Below, piece after piece: positions 46,450-55,306 of a stretch of 58,711 bases of DNA. The notes beneath the pieces were generated by a model. That model had not been told where the DNA came from. It did no database searches and was given only the letters and a program-made list of their open reading frames with translations. The first letter of the stretch is position 1, and every line of letters starts with the position of its first letter. Origin of the DNA: a virus (taxonomy: Duplodnaviria > Caudoviricetes). Both the position numbers and the translations under genes were made by a program. The stretch lies in the IMG/VR virus record IMGVR_UViG_3300049033_000019, positions 1 through 58,711 of that record. One strand, written 5' to 3'.

Positions 46450-47893
46450 TGAGGTCATAGAGACTCTGGTCCAGACGAAAGTCATATTGGCTCGGATCAC
46501 TGACCCGCATCTGCCGCTTCTCCCCCGCCAGGAGGTGAATGGAGGCATGGACCAGTGCATCCATACGGTCGGGACTCTCTCTGGTACTGGTCGGGTCGTA
46601 CAGAACCATCTGGTTCTCCAGGTCGTCCCAGTTGCCAACCATGTGGAGACGACCCTGTTCACACCGCATAGCCACCGGCTCGGCACGAGTCTTTTTGCCG
46701 TGTCGGGCATGGACCGGCTTCATGGCGGGGGATGATCCGCGAGGAAAGATTCCCTGCTCTATCAGCTCGTAGTAGGCATCCTGGAGAACTTCTTGCAGGT
46801 AACGCTTGCCCAGGTTCTCCTCATACACCAGCAGGTCCGCCTGGTAGCGAGCCACCGTTTTCCAGGCAGCCAAAGCGGCATGACGCCCCGAGTCGGGGAC
46901 GCTATGGTCCCCAAGCACGTACTGGTGATTATCTGCGGTCCGACAGACCACGACGAGGCCGGTCTGTGCCTCCTCACCAGTGAGGTTCGGGTCCATGCCC
47001 ACGACTGTGGTCACGATCTCACCGGGGTCGGGTGGCGCATTGACCCGGTGCTTGACGATGTCCATGCGCTTGAACAGTCCACCGGAGGCCAGCTCCAGGA
47101 GCTTGCCATACAGCTCCTGTTCCCCCAGGGAGGTGCCGTGGTATCGGATCTTCAACTCACGCAGAGCGTGCTTGGATAGGTTGGTGGCGTTGTCGAAGGT
47201 GGATCCGGTGATGACGTGAACGGTCCCGTCGTCCCTGGCCAGCCACTCAATCAGGAGCTTGATCGGCTTCGGGGTTGTGGTGACGAAGGCACGTGGATGA
47301 TCGTCAAGAAGGTCGGCACGCAGAGCTGGCAGGAGACCCTCGTACCATGTCTCATACGGCTTAATCCACTTGGCGAGTTCGTCACAGAGCACACCCGAAG
47401 CGTTGTACCCACGACCCGTATCCGGGTCATCGGCCCCCTCCAGATAGATCTTCGCCCCGTCCGGGAATAGGATCATCGGCCGGGGACTCTGCTTGTATCG
47501 GTGATCTACCTTTCTCCTGGACAGGACGTTGAGGATCCCGCTGGGGCCCTCGGCATTGATAGTCCTTGCATCGGCCAAGGTGTCGGCAACTACCAGCCAT
47601 TCGGTAGGGACCCCCGATCGGTCAAAGGGATGCTTCAGCACCCGCTCTACAATCCACTCGGATCCCGCCCTGGACTTTCCGGCGCCTCGACCGGCCATGT
47701 AGAGGTAGACAAGTTCTGGACCCTGGGGCGGGATCTGCTCGGGTCGAGCGACGTACCACCACTCGCCCCGGTTCATCTCGGCCAGAACCTCGTCCGGCAA
47801 CGTACGGATGTAGGTCTCCCGGACATCGTTAGGTAGACCGGCGATCCGTTGTGCTATGGACAACCCCATGCGATCATGATAAGTGCGCGCCAA
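46436..47893 (-). CDS. terL: Terminase large subunit
   Basis: ARPEQ..P, AGRGAGKSR Walker A, CDELA Walker B, TTTP, QELYG, SPDRMDALVH; start may be 47869. Confidence 0.95.
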   Translation of the reverse strand: MARTYHDRMGLSIAQRIAGLPNDVRETYIRTLPDEVLAEMNRGEWWYVARPEQIPPQGPELVYLYMAGRGAGKSRAGSEWIVERVLKHPFDRSGVPTEWLVVADTLADARTINAEGPSGILNVLSRRKVDHRYKQSPRPMILFPDGAKIYLEGADDPDTGRGYNASGVLCDELAKWIKPYETWYEGLLPALRADLLDDHPRAFVTTTPKPIKLLIEWLARDDGTVHVITGSTFDNATNLSKHALRELKIRYHGTSLGEQELYGKLLELASGGLFKRMDIVKHRVNAPPDPGEIVTTVVGMDPNLTGEEAQTGLVVVCRTADNHQYVLGDHSVPDSGRHAALAAWKTVARYQADLLVYEENLGKRYLQEVLQDAYYELIEQGIFPRGSSPAMKPVHARHGKKTRAEPVAMRCEQGRLHMVGNWDDLENQMVLYDPTSTRESPDRMDALVHASIHLLAGEKRQMRVSDPSQYDFRLDQSLYDLNRLM

Positions 47894-47898
47894 CGCAA

Positions 47899-47939
47899 AG
47901 AAGCCCCGTAAGCAGTCATAGCCTACGGGGCTTCTCTTC
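47899..47939. terminator. Stem-loop, possible terminator/attenuator upstream of terL
   Basis: AGAAGCCCCGTA...TACGGGGCTTCT inverted repeat. Confidence 0.5.
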
Positions 47940-48025
47940 CGTACAGGACCGCCCAGTCCTCACGGGATTGTCTCACGTATTCGGTTGTGTAGGTCCCAGG
48001 TCCCGAGTGATGAAGGCTGAAGTGA

Positions 48026-48097
48026 TTCCAGAAGCTGGAATTGAACCAGCAACCTTCGGTTCCTTATACCGACGTCCTACCATTGGACGACTCTGGG
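48026..48097 (-). tRNA. Atypical tRNA, anticodon AAG (Leu by anticodon), short variable arm
   Basis: CCCAGAG TC GTCC AATGGTA GGAC G TCGGT ATAAGGA ACCGA AGGTT GCTGG TTCAATT CCAGC TTCTGGA A. Confidence 0.7.
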
Positions 48098-48138
48098 TGC
48101 GTGTAAGCATTCATTGGCTGGAACCCGGAACGATCTTC

Positions 48139-48167
48139 ACTATACCCCATCCCTCCCTGTGTCGCAA
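48139..48167 (-). promoter_or_regulatory. Leftward promoter for the tRNA/late operon, shared operator in spacer
   Basis: TTGCGA-17-TATAGT; spacer contains CAGGGAGGG. Confidence 0.65.
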
Positions 48168-48304
48168 ACCACGATAGACTTGGGCCGGACATCCCCGCCC
48201 TAAGCCTCCCTTTGGTCCCCACGGGCGGGGATGTTCCGTTTCTGTCGGCCCCCCCTACTACTGTGTTGCTCATCGGTGATGCAGGAAGGGAGGTCTGGCC
48301 ATCA

Positions 48305-48748
48305 ATGAACAAACTCAGACATTTGGAGCATGTCACCGTGTCGATGAGTACCGAAGAGGCAGTCCAACTCGGTCAGGACGTTATAGACGATGGCCGGTTA
48401 AAGGACCTTCGTGAGCAACTGGGCCTGACCAGGTTCGCCATGGCCGAGCTGCTCCAGGTGGCCTGGCCCACCTACGCCAACTGGGAGAAGCGCCCGGTCC
48501 GGCTACGGAAGCTGACCGCCGCCAGGGTGGGCCGCTTCTACAAAACTGCCACCCTGGAGCTTGGTATCCTGCGTGATCACCAGATCGACATCCGGAACAT
48601 GGTGCCGTTCCATGTCGTGGCTACGTTCCTGGGCATACCTCAGGAACAACTGCTCTACCGCTACCGGAACGGCGAGTTTGAAGCCACAGATCTTGGCATC
48701 TTGGGCCTTTGGATGTTCCAGTCCGACGTAGACGAGCTGAGGTCATGA
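48305..48748 (+). CDS. XRE-type HTH DNA-binding protein
   Basis: LKDLREQLGLTRFAMAELLQVAWPTYANWEK; possible second HTH near the C-terminus. Confidence 0.8.
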   Translation: MNKLRHLEHVTVSMSTEEAVQLGQDVIDDGRLKDLREQLGLTRFAMAELLQVAWPTYANWEKRPVRLRKLTAARVGRFYKTATLELGILRDHQIDIRNMVPFHVVATFLGIPQEQLLYRYRNGEFEATDLGILGLWMFQSDVDELRS

Positions 48749-49581
48749 GATGTCTGATCTGTGGAACGATCATGGATTCAGTCAACGCCGGCTTCGGAAC
48801 TCACCCGAACTGTGACATGAAACTACTGCCGGTAACCGAAGACGAGGATCCTTTCATCACCCTGCTCAAGGACCAGATCATCACCATGGTCAAGTGGGCT
48901 GAGCAACAGAACCCCAGGTCCAAGCAGGTCCTGATGGGGCCGTCGGAGATCGGGACCATGTGCGACCGCCGGATCGGGTACCGACTGGCCCAGATACCTG
49001 CATGCAACACGGGCTTTGACGGGTGGCCGGCCATCGTAGGTACGGCGATACACAGTTGGATGGACCAAGCGGTCACGTCCTGGATGGAGTCGCATGCCCA
49101 GTGGGACTGGTTCACTGAGCAGACCCTCACGATCAACCAGTTCATTGAGGGGCACGCGGACCTGTACTCCAAGGAACATCGCTCAGTGATCGACTACAAG
49201 ACTGTCGGTCCTGACGTGATGAAGAAGATCCGCAGGGACGGGCCGCCGCTGGGTTACCAGATCCAGACCCACATTTACGGCTACGGGTTCGAGCAACAGA
49301 ACCACCCGGTGGACAGGGTCTGTCTTGTTTTCCTGCCCCGCGCTGGCTGGCTCAAGGACATGTACGTCTGGTGTGCGCGGTACAGCCAGGAGATCGCGTT
49401 GACGGCTATCCGCCGAACCCACCTGATCGCCCAGCAGATCCTGCAAATCGACGCATTGACGTATCCAGATAAATGGAATGATGTAGAAGCTGTCCCGTCG
49501 AACGAGTGCGGGTTCTGCCCGTGGTATAACCCAGGACGGGAAAATCATGGCGCAGATGACCAAGGTTGCCCAGGGAGGTGA
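48745..49581 (+). CDS. PD-(D/E)XK exonuclease (Cas4/RecB-like, phage type)
   Basis: GPSEIG..CDR...GTAIH...E...GHADL...VIDYKT...Q.HIYG.G...C.FCPW. Confidence 0.85.
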   Translation: MRCLICGTIMDSVNAGFGTHPNCDMKLLPVTEDEDPFITLLKDQIITMVKWAEQQNPRSKQVLMGPSEIGTMCDRRIGYRLAQIPACNTGFDGWPAIVGTAIHSWMDQAVTSWMESHAQWDWFTEQTLTINQFIEGHADLYSKEHRSVIDYKTVGPDVMKKIRRDGPPLGYQIQTHIYGYGFEQQNHPVDRVCLVFLPRAGWLKDMYVWCARYSQEIALTAIRRTHLIAQQILQIDALTYPDKWNDVEAVPSNECGFCPWYNPGRENHGADDQGCPGR

Positions 49582-49585
49582 AAAC

Positions 49586-49786
49586 ATGACCCTAGACGAA
49601 CAGTGGGTTTCAGAGATGGCAAAACTCTTCCGTGACCGCGACCACGCTCGACAGATGCTGGACCGGTGGACAAAGAAGGTCGAGGAGGCAGAAGCGGCCA
49701 TCATCGCACTCAAGGTGCAACAGGATAATCCGCCCGAGGCCACAGAGCCGACACCAGAACCAACTGAACCAGCGCCAGTCGCCTAA
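49586..49786 (+). CDS. Small coiled-coil protein
   Basis: GGAGGTG RBS before ATG at 49586. Confidence 0.55.
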   Translation: MTLDEQWVSEMAKLFRDRDHARQMLDRWTKKVEEAEAAIIALKVQQDNPPEATEPTPEPTEPAPVA

Positions 49787-49798
49787 GGAGACAGAACA

Positions 49799-50398
49799 AT
49801 GCCATTCGCCGAACCAGAGAAAGCTGGCGGCCCGTATGCAGCCGAGCTGGTCAACCACCTGCTCATGGTCTGGGCGGTTGACTACCTCGACGATGTCCCC
49901 AGCAAGTTCAGTCGTGCTGGGGGGCAGTCCGATGTCATCGTTGTGGATCTTGTAGATCTGGACGTGATCGATGAGTTCACCGGGGAACCAGGGCAATTGT
50001 CCCGAGGTGCTTGGTGGCGTCCGGGTCGACTGATCGGTTCCCTGAAGCGTCGACTCGGCTCCAAGGATCCGGTGCTGGCGTGGATGCGGCTGGGGGTTGC
50101 ATCCACAGGGTTCAATGCACCGTACGAACTGGTGAGCGCCACCGGAGATCCCAGCGCTCGGGCTCGGGCCACAGCCTGGCTGGACGCTAACCCCGACTTC
50201 CAACCCACCGGATTCGACCTGCCCCGGTCGCGGGGGTTCAGTCAGGCAGCAGCGCCACCCGCACAAGCGGAAAACCCTAACCCTCAACCTGAGGTTGAGA
50301 GTCAGCGGATACGCAGTGACCTGGAGCGAATGGCTCAGCAGGCCCAGCGAGGGGCGGAACGGCTGCCAGAACCACGGCCGGAACGGTTCCCTTACTGA
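49799..50398 (+). CDS. Putative ssDNA-binding / recombination protein
   Basis: Follows the exonuclease; DVIVVDLVDLD core, low-complexity C-tail; AAGGAG RBS. Confidence 0.55.
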   Translation: MPFAEPEKAGGPYAAELVNHLLMVWAVDYLDDVPSKFSRAGGQSDVIVVDLVDLDVIDEFTGEPGQLSRGAWWRPGRLIGSLKRRLGSKDPVLAWMRLGVASTGFNAPYELVSATGDPSARARATAWLDANPDFQPTGFDLPRSRGFSQAAAPPAQAENPNPQPEVESQRIRSDLERMAQQAQRGAERLPEPRPERFPY

Positions 50399-50403
50399 GT
50401 TAA

Positions 50404-50433
50404 CAGGCCCCGGGCTGCATTACCCGGGGCCTG
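50404..50433. terminator. GC-rich hairpin between ssb and array D (probably bidirectional terminator)
   Basis: CAGGCCCCGGG-CTGCATTA-CCCGGGGCCTG. Confidence 0.65.
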
Positions 50434-50468
50434 ACTCAACTGCTGCTCTGAGGAGCATGGAAGATGCT

Positions 50469-50646
50469 ACTGCACCGTGGGGGGAGGAGCAGACGTGTCA
50501 GGCAGTGTGGGCCGGACGGTTCTGACGTGACGAGTCGAGCAGATTGGGTTCGTCTCGGGATGACATGTCGGTAATGAACCGAAGAGGGTGGCCAAGACTC
50601 GGCTTGACGTGTCGAAACGGTTGGAGTGACACGAGGTAACAAGTCG
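50469..50646 (-). repeat. Pentamer-register array D (5 units, minus strand)
   Basis: Minus-strand anchors start at 50646, 50614, 50570, 50537, 50500 (32, 44, 33, 37); CGAC ACG TCAAG CCGAG TCTTG GCCAC CCTCT TCGGT TCATT (7/7). Confidence 0.8.
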
Positions 50647-50761
50647 TGCCCCCTGGACCGGGCCAACCAATGGTGGCATCATGTTGCCCACCAAGCTCAC
50701 CATCAGTGGGCCCGGTCTCTTGCGAGGGCCAGGTATAGCCCGGTCCACTAGGGACCTCCCC

Positions 50762-50818
50762 CTCCTGAAGAGTCAGGTGCCCCCTGAGTAATCAGGTGCT
50801 CCTCGAAGGGTCAGGTGC
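50762..50818 (+). repeat. Three 19-bp iteron-like direct repeats ending TCAGGTGC
   Basis: TCAGGTGC at 50773, 50792, 50811. Confidence 0.7.
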
Positions 50819-50854
50819 AAGCCCGGTCTCCCGTAGGGGACCCCTCCCGGAGGG

Positions 50855-53434
50855 TTGGATATGACATTAGCAGATGTTGCCAGGACGTGGCGAAACAGTG
50901 GTGTATCTGTAGTCCCCATCAAGTCGAACAAGACGAAGCGTCCAGCCGTCCGGTGGGCTGAATATCAAGTTGAAGTTCCGACCTTGAACCAGGTCGACGA
51001 ATGGTGGTCGAACGGCAAGTCCTACGGCCTGGCCCTGATCTGCGGCTCAGTCTCCGGGAACCTGGAGATGACTGAAATCGAGGGCCGCGCCTGCGACGGC
51101 GAATCCATGACAGAGATCCAGAACCGTATGGACGAGCTGGGCGTGGGTGAGGTCTGGAACTTGCTGACCGGGCCGTACGGCTACTCGGAGATGAGTCCAT
51201 CTGGCGGCCTGCACCTTCTGTACCGGATCTCTGATCACCCGGTCCCGGGAAACACGAAGATTGCTCAGCGCGCTGATGAGGACCCGACCAAGCGCCTGGT
51301 CCTGGCCGAGACCCGGGGGGAAGGCGGCTACGTCATCGTGGCCCCCACATCCGGGCTCTGTCACCCTACCGGCGAGGCCTGGGTGATCCTCTCCGGCGAG
51401 TACGGAGCCCTCCCTACGGTAGACTGGGAGGACCGGTGCAGGATTCATGAAGCACTGCGCCTCGCACTCGACGAATCAGCCCAATCTCTAACCGCATCAA
51501 GCCTCATCCCTACCGACATCGCGAATCATGTCCTACCCAATCAGCTCGACGGACCGCACCTGGCCCGTTCCTTACGTCTCCACGCCGACAACTCAGTGCC
51601 GGACTGGTCAGTTCTCACTCACTCCGACGTATCCCCACGACCCGTCTCCGACGCCGACTCACCCTTCCACGCCCCCTCACGGCCGTCCTCCTCCCTGACC
51701 CCCGGGGATCATTTCGAAGCGGTCACTGACTGGGCAGAGATTCTTGAACCCCAAGGCTGGCATGCCGCCGGCAGACAGGGACCGGAACGTCTTTGGACCC
51801 GTCCCGGTAAGAACCCCCGTGAGGGCCACTCGGCCACCACGGGGTACCGGGACGACCGGGACCGGATGTTCGTCTTCAGTACGTCCACGTCCCTGCCGCA
51901 TGAAGAACCTCTGACTAAGTTCGCGGTCTACGCCCACCTGAACCATGGCGGGGACTTCCATGTGGCCGCTCGTGAGCTACGCCGGTTGGGCTTCGGCGAG
52001 CCGTCCCGAGCCTTGGACGTGCTCCATCATGAACCACAGGCGGAGGCCGACCCTGGCTACCAACCCAACGACGCCGGCAACGCTCGTTACCTGGCGGACC
52101 GGGTCCGGGGCCGGTACTTGTACCTGGCGGAGGAGAAAGAGTTCGTTCGGTGGGACGGATCGTGTTGGCGTCGTGACCAACGGTTCATGTTAGAGAACGA
52201 GTTCACAGAAATGGCCTTGGCCAGGTCCGTACGAGCCCGGGAGCTTGGTGACGAGTCTGGCGCTAAGTGGTGGATGCGAGCTGGCAACCGGTCACGGGCA
52301 GAGGCAGCAGTCAAAAGTCTGCGGGCTATTCCAGGGTTCACGGTCACAGTGGACGAGATGGACCACGACCGGAACCTGCTGAACCTGGCCAACGGCACCT
52401 ACGATCTCACGTCTCACGAATTGCTGCCGCACAACCCTAATCAGTTGATGACCAGAACCATGGGCGCCTCCTACGACCCACGGGCAACCTGCCCACAGTT
52501 CGAAGGGTTCATGGAGCGCGTACTGCCAGACCCAGGCATGAGGTCGTACGTGCAGCGGGCGCTGGGCTACAGCCTGCTGGGGGAAGCAGATCAGCGCTCC
52601 CTGTTCCTGGTCTGTGGCCCGTCGGGGACTGGTAAGTCCACGCTGATGGCCACGATGGAGCTGCTGTTTGGTGATTATGGTGTACCGGCCCCATCGGGTA
52701 CGCTGCGCGCCCGGGGATCTGAGGGATCCAGCCCATCGAATGATTTACATATGTTGCGGGGCAAGCGGTTCGTATCCACCTCGGAGACAAATGAGCACAC
52801 CGCCTACAATGAGGACTTGATCAAACGGCTAACCGGCCGCGACCAGATCCAGTCCCGCGAGCTGTACCAGAAGTTCCAGAGTTGGGCACCTCGGTGCACG
52901 ATCTGGTTGGCCACGAACCATCCACCCCGTTTCAGTTCTGACGACGATGCGATCTGGCGCCGTGCCAAGATCATACCTTTTACTACGGTCCTACTGGGCG
53001 AAGGGGAGATTTCGGACTACGCCCACAAGATCCTGGCCAAGGAATTGAACGGGATCTTGAACTGGCTGCTCGTTGGCCTCCGGGACTACCAGGTCCATGG
53101 CCTCCAGGAGCCTGAGCATGTCCAGGGCTCCGTGCGCGAGGTGCGCCTCCAGTCCGATCCGGTGGCCAGGTTCCTGGAGGAGAAGGTCAACGACTCGATC
53201 TTGATCGTCGACCCAGGCCAGCAGATCCGTACCTCCGACCTGTACTCCATGTACATGGAGTGGGCCAAGATGGCCGGGGAACGCCCCCTCGGCAACCGTC
53301 GGTTCAGCCACCGGATCCTGTACGCCTCCCAGGATATCGATCAGGTCCGGTTCAACGGGACCACGTTCTGGCGAGGACTGGGCAGGGCGACTGGGGTCGG
53401 GGTGCTGGGGATGATCCCGGCAATCCTCAGCTAG
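50855..53434 (+). CDS. Bifunctional DNA primase/polymerase fused to D5-like SF3 helicase
   Basis: Prim-pol N-domain (SPSGGLHLLYR, ETRGEGGYVIVAP); helicase GPSGTGKST, IKRLTGRD, TNHPP, AIWRR. Confidence 0.93.
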   Translation: MDMTLADVARTWRNSGVSVVPIKSNKTKRPAVRWAEYQVEVPTLNQVDEWWSNGKSYGLALICGSVSGNLEMTEIEGRACDGESMTEIQNRMDELGVGEVWNLLTGPYGYSEMSPSGGLHLLYRISDHPVPGNTKIAQRADEDPTKRLVLAETRGEGGYVIVAPTSGLCHPTGEAWVILSGEYGALPTVDWEDRCRIHEALRLALDESAQSLTASSLIPTDIANHVLPNQLDGPHLARSLRLHADNSVPDWSVLTHSDVSPRPVSDADSPFHAPSRPSSSLTPGDHFEAVTDWAEILEPQGWHAAGRQGPERLWTRPGKNPREGHSATTGYRDDRDRMFVFSTSTSLPHEEPLTKFAVYAHLNHGGDFHVAARELRRLGFGEPSRALDVLHHEPQAEADPGYQPNDAGNARYLADRVRGRYLYLAEEKEFVRWDGSCWRRDQRFMLENEFTEMALARSVRARELGDESGAKWWMRAGNRSRAEAAVKSLRAIPGFTVTVDEMDHDRNLLNLANGTYDLTSHELLPHNPNQLMTRTMGASYDPRATCPQFEGFMERVLPDPGMRSYVQRALGYSLLGEADQRSLFLVCGPSGTGKSTLMATMELLFGDYGVPAPSGTLRARGSEGSSPSNDLHMLRGKRFVSTSETNEHTAYNEDLIKRLTGRDQIQSRELYQKFQSWAPRCTIWLATNHPPRFSSDDDAIWRRAKIIPFTTVLLGEGEISDYAHKILAKELNGILNWLLVGLRDYQVHGLQEPEHVQGSVREVRLQSDPVARFLEEKVNDSILIVDPGQQIRTSDLYSMYMEWAKMAGERPLGNRRFSHRILYASQDIDQVRFNGTTFWRGLGRATGVGVLGMIPAILS
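51469..51699 (+). repeat. Pentamer-register array C, in frame within the primase linker (6 units)
   Basis: CGAC at 51469, 51514, 51547, 51586, 51625, 51655 (45, 33, 39, 39, 30); each GAC is an in-frame Asp codon. Confidence 0.8.
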
Positions 53435-53437
53435 AGT

Positions 53438-53465
53438 TTGACCCTACCCCTCCCTGTGGTATGCT
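53438..53465 (+). promoter_or_regulatory. Promoter of the ParB-like operon, shared operator in spacer
   Basis: TTGACC-16-TATGCT; spacer contains ACCCCTCCCTGTG. Confidence 0.65.
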
Positions 53466-53496
53466 TCGGTGTACAAGCACGACCGAAGGGAGACCT

Positions 53497-54294
53497 ATGG
53501 CTAAGCGCGTCGCCATCGACCTGATCGTCACCGACCGGGTCCTAACCCCCGGCGACGATCTACAAGAACTCATGGCAAGCATCAAAGAACATGGCGTCGA
53601 GATACCACCTCTGGTCACTCAAGACCTTGAGCTGATTGATGGTCTTCGACGCATAGAGACACTACGGGCCCTCGGTGAGACCGAGATTGTTGTGTCCCCC
53701 ACGTTCATGTACCCCAGGGCCTGTGACCAGCTCAAACAGGCTCGTGAACATGGCGTAGCTGCATTGCCTTTGACCCCCCAGCGCATCTGGGAGATCTACA
53801 ACGCTATGCAGCCGCTGCTCATCATCACCAAGGCACATAACCAGCGCGGTAAGCCAAGAGCGGAGGGAACGACACGCGAATCAGCCGGAGGTGCCGACCT
53901 ACTGTCCAATGCGCTAGGCATGGCGTCACCAGGACAACTAGCGGCACTGGTCTACACCTACCGAGCCCTTCAGGACCCGGTCCGAGCAACTCGGGCGGCC
54001 GAGGCCATCGACATGATGACTCAAGGCAAATTGACTGGTTACGGTGCTGCTGAATACACCAGAAAGACCATTGGCCTCACTGGTGACATCGTGTCCTTGA
54101 CCCAGCAACAGGAAGCCCTGTCGTCGGCTGTTGCCTCCCTCAACGGAACAGTTGCCGCGCTGCGTCGTCTTGGTCCACTGAATAGGAAGTTCAAGAAGGA
54201 GGAGGCAGAAGCGAAGCGCTCCGAGCTACTTCTGGTGCGCACCAAACTCAATGCGTTCATTAAACTGCTTACTGAGGAGATCAACAACAAATGA
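53497..54294 (+). CDS. ParB/Srx N-terminal domain protein
   Basis: L..SIKEHGVEIPPLV...LIDGLRRIE.LR.LG. Confidence 0.8.
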   Translation: MAKRVAIDLIVTDRVLTPGDDLQELMASIKEHGVEIPPLVTQDLELIDGLRRIETLRALGETEIVVSPTFMYPRACDQLKQAREHGVAALPLTPQRIWEIYNAMQPLLIITKAHNQRGKPRAEGTTRESAGGADLLSNALGMASPGQLAALVYTYRALQDPVRATRAAEAIDMMTQGKLTGYGAAEYTRKTIGLTGDIVSLTQQQEALSSAVASLNGTVAALRRLGPLNRKFKKEEAEAKRSELLLVRTKLNAFIKLLTEEINNK

Positions 54295-55121
54295 CCCAAA
54301 CACTGGAACAGACCTACACGGTCGAGAAACTGAAGGCTGCCGATCTTCTGGTCGACAAGAGAGTGCAGCGTGACGAGATCCAGGCCAGGAAGGTCGACAA
54401 CATCGTCAAGGCCTTCAACGCTGATGCCCTGGGCGTGATCCACGTGTCCCGGCGTATCGACGGTGACTATGTCATCGATGGATGGCACCGGAAGGAAGTA
54501 GTCATCCGGGTTACCGACGGTACCGGGGAGATCACCGCCCACGTGTACAAGGGCCTGACCCTGGCCCAGGAAGCGCAAATGTTCCTGGACCTGAACTACG
54601 CCAACCAGCCCAGTCCCCTGGAGAAGCACAAGGCCAGGGTTTCCGCCGAGGACGAGCAGGCCCTGCGTATCGAGGCTAGCGTCCATGCCTACGGCTGGGC
54701 CGTCCACCCGCATGCGGCCACCGGCCACGTCAACGCGATCAACAAGCTGTACCGGCTCGATGAGATCTCTCAGAATGCTCCTGGTGGGCCGAAGGAGCCG
54801 AGCCTGCTCCAGTTGGTATTCCTGACCATCACCAGGGCTTGGAGCACGGATCGTTACGGCTCTCAGGCAGTCCTCCTGGAGGGTCTGGGGGCACTGTTCA
54901 ATGAGCACGGCTCCAAGATCGACGTGGATCACCTGGTCGACCGGCTGAAGAACTACAAGGGCGGTGCCCGCAAGCTGCACGCGGAGGCGAAGCAGTTCGC
55001 CAACACTACCGGCGGCTCCGTATCTATGTCGCTGGCCTGGCTGGTCACCGAGATCTACAACAAGGGCAAGAAGAACGATGCCAAGTCGGCTCTGCCCACC
55101 TGGCGGAAGCGGCGGCTCTAA
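54291..55121 (+). CDS. ParB-like (DUF6551-type) protein
   Basis: LLVD.RVQR...I...FN..ALG.I.VS.R..GDYVIDGWHR...EA.MFL.LN. Confidence 0.8.
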   Translation: MTQTLEQTYTVEKLKAADLLVDKRVQRDEIQARKVDNIVKAFNADALGVIHVSRRIDGDYVIDGWHRKEVVIRVTDGTGEITAHVYKGLTLAQEAQMFLDLNYANQPSPLEKHKARVSAEDEQALRIEASVHAYGWAVHPHAATGHVNAINKLYRLDEISQNAPGGPKEPSLLQLVFLTITRAWSTDRYGSQAVLLEGLGALFNEHGSKIDVDHLVDRLKNYKGGARKLHAEAKQFANTTGGSVSMSLAWLVTEIYNKGKKNDAKSALPTWRKRRL

Positions 55122-55123
55122 CC

Positions 55124-55306
55124 ATGGCCACGGTACTGGTGTTCCGTTACGACTGCGGCTGGGAGCACAATGTGCGCCTTTTGCCGGGTCAGTCCAAGAC
55201 ACAAGTCATCAGTAGGCTGGGACCGGAGATACGGCGCAGGCACAAGCGGGCATGTGGAGTCTGTTTCAGAAAGAGATCACGACAGGTCGAGTCTCACCCC
55301 AACTGA
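55124..55306 (+). CDS. Small hypothetical protein
   Basis: 60 aa; its 3' end overlaps array E. Confidence 0.4.
   Translation: MATVLVFRYDCGWEHNVRLLPGQSKTQVISRLGPEIRRRHKRACGVCFRKRSRQVESHPN

Noticed and set aside
48176-48240. Additional pentamer unit after AGAC
   Set aside because: Better explained as one arm of the hairpin ACATCCCCGCCC...GGGCGGGGATGT.
48745-49581. Cas4 as part of a CRISPR adaptation module
   Set aside because: It lies in the replication/recombination operon, no cas1 or cas2 is present, and stand-alone Cas4-like PD-(D/E)XK nucleases are common in actinophages.
49790-49805. Self-target: concatenated variable triplets of an array D unit (GAA CAA TGC) match the ssb start region
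   Set aside because: Only 9 nt match and the other triplets do not; expected by chance given the number of units tried. No target is claimed.
50654-50747. Hammerhead ribozyme in the array D leader
   Set aside because: It has CUGAUGG rather than CUGAUGA and lacks the GAAA core strand.
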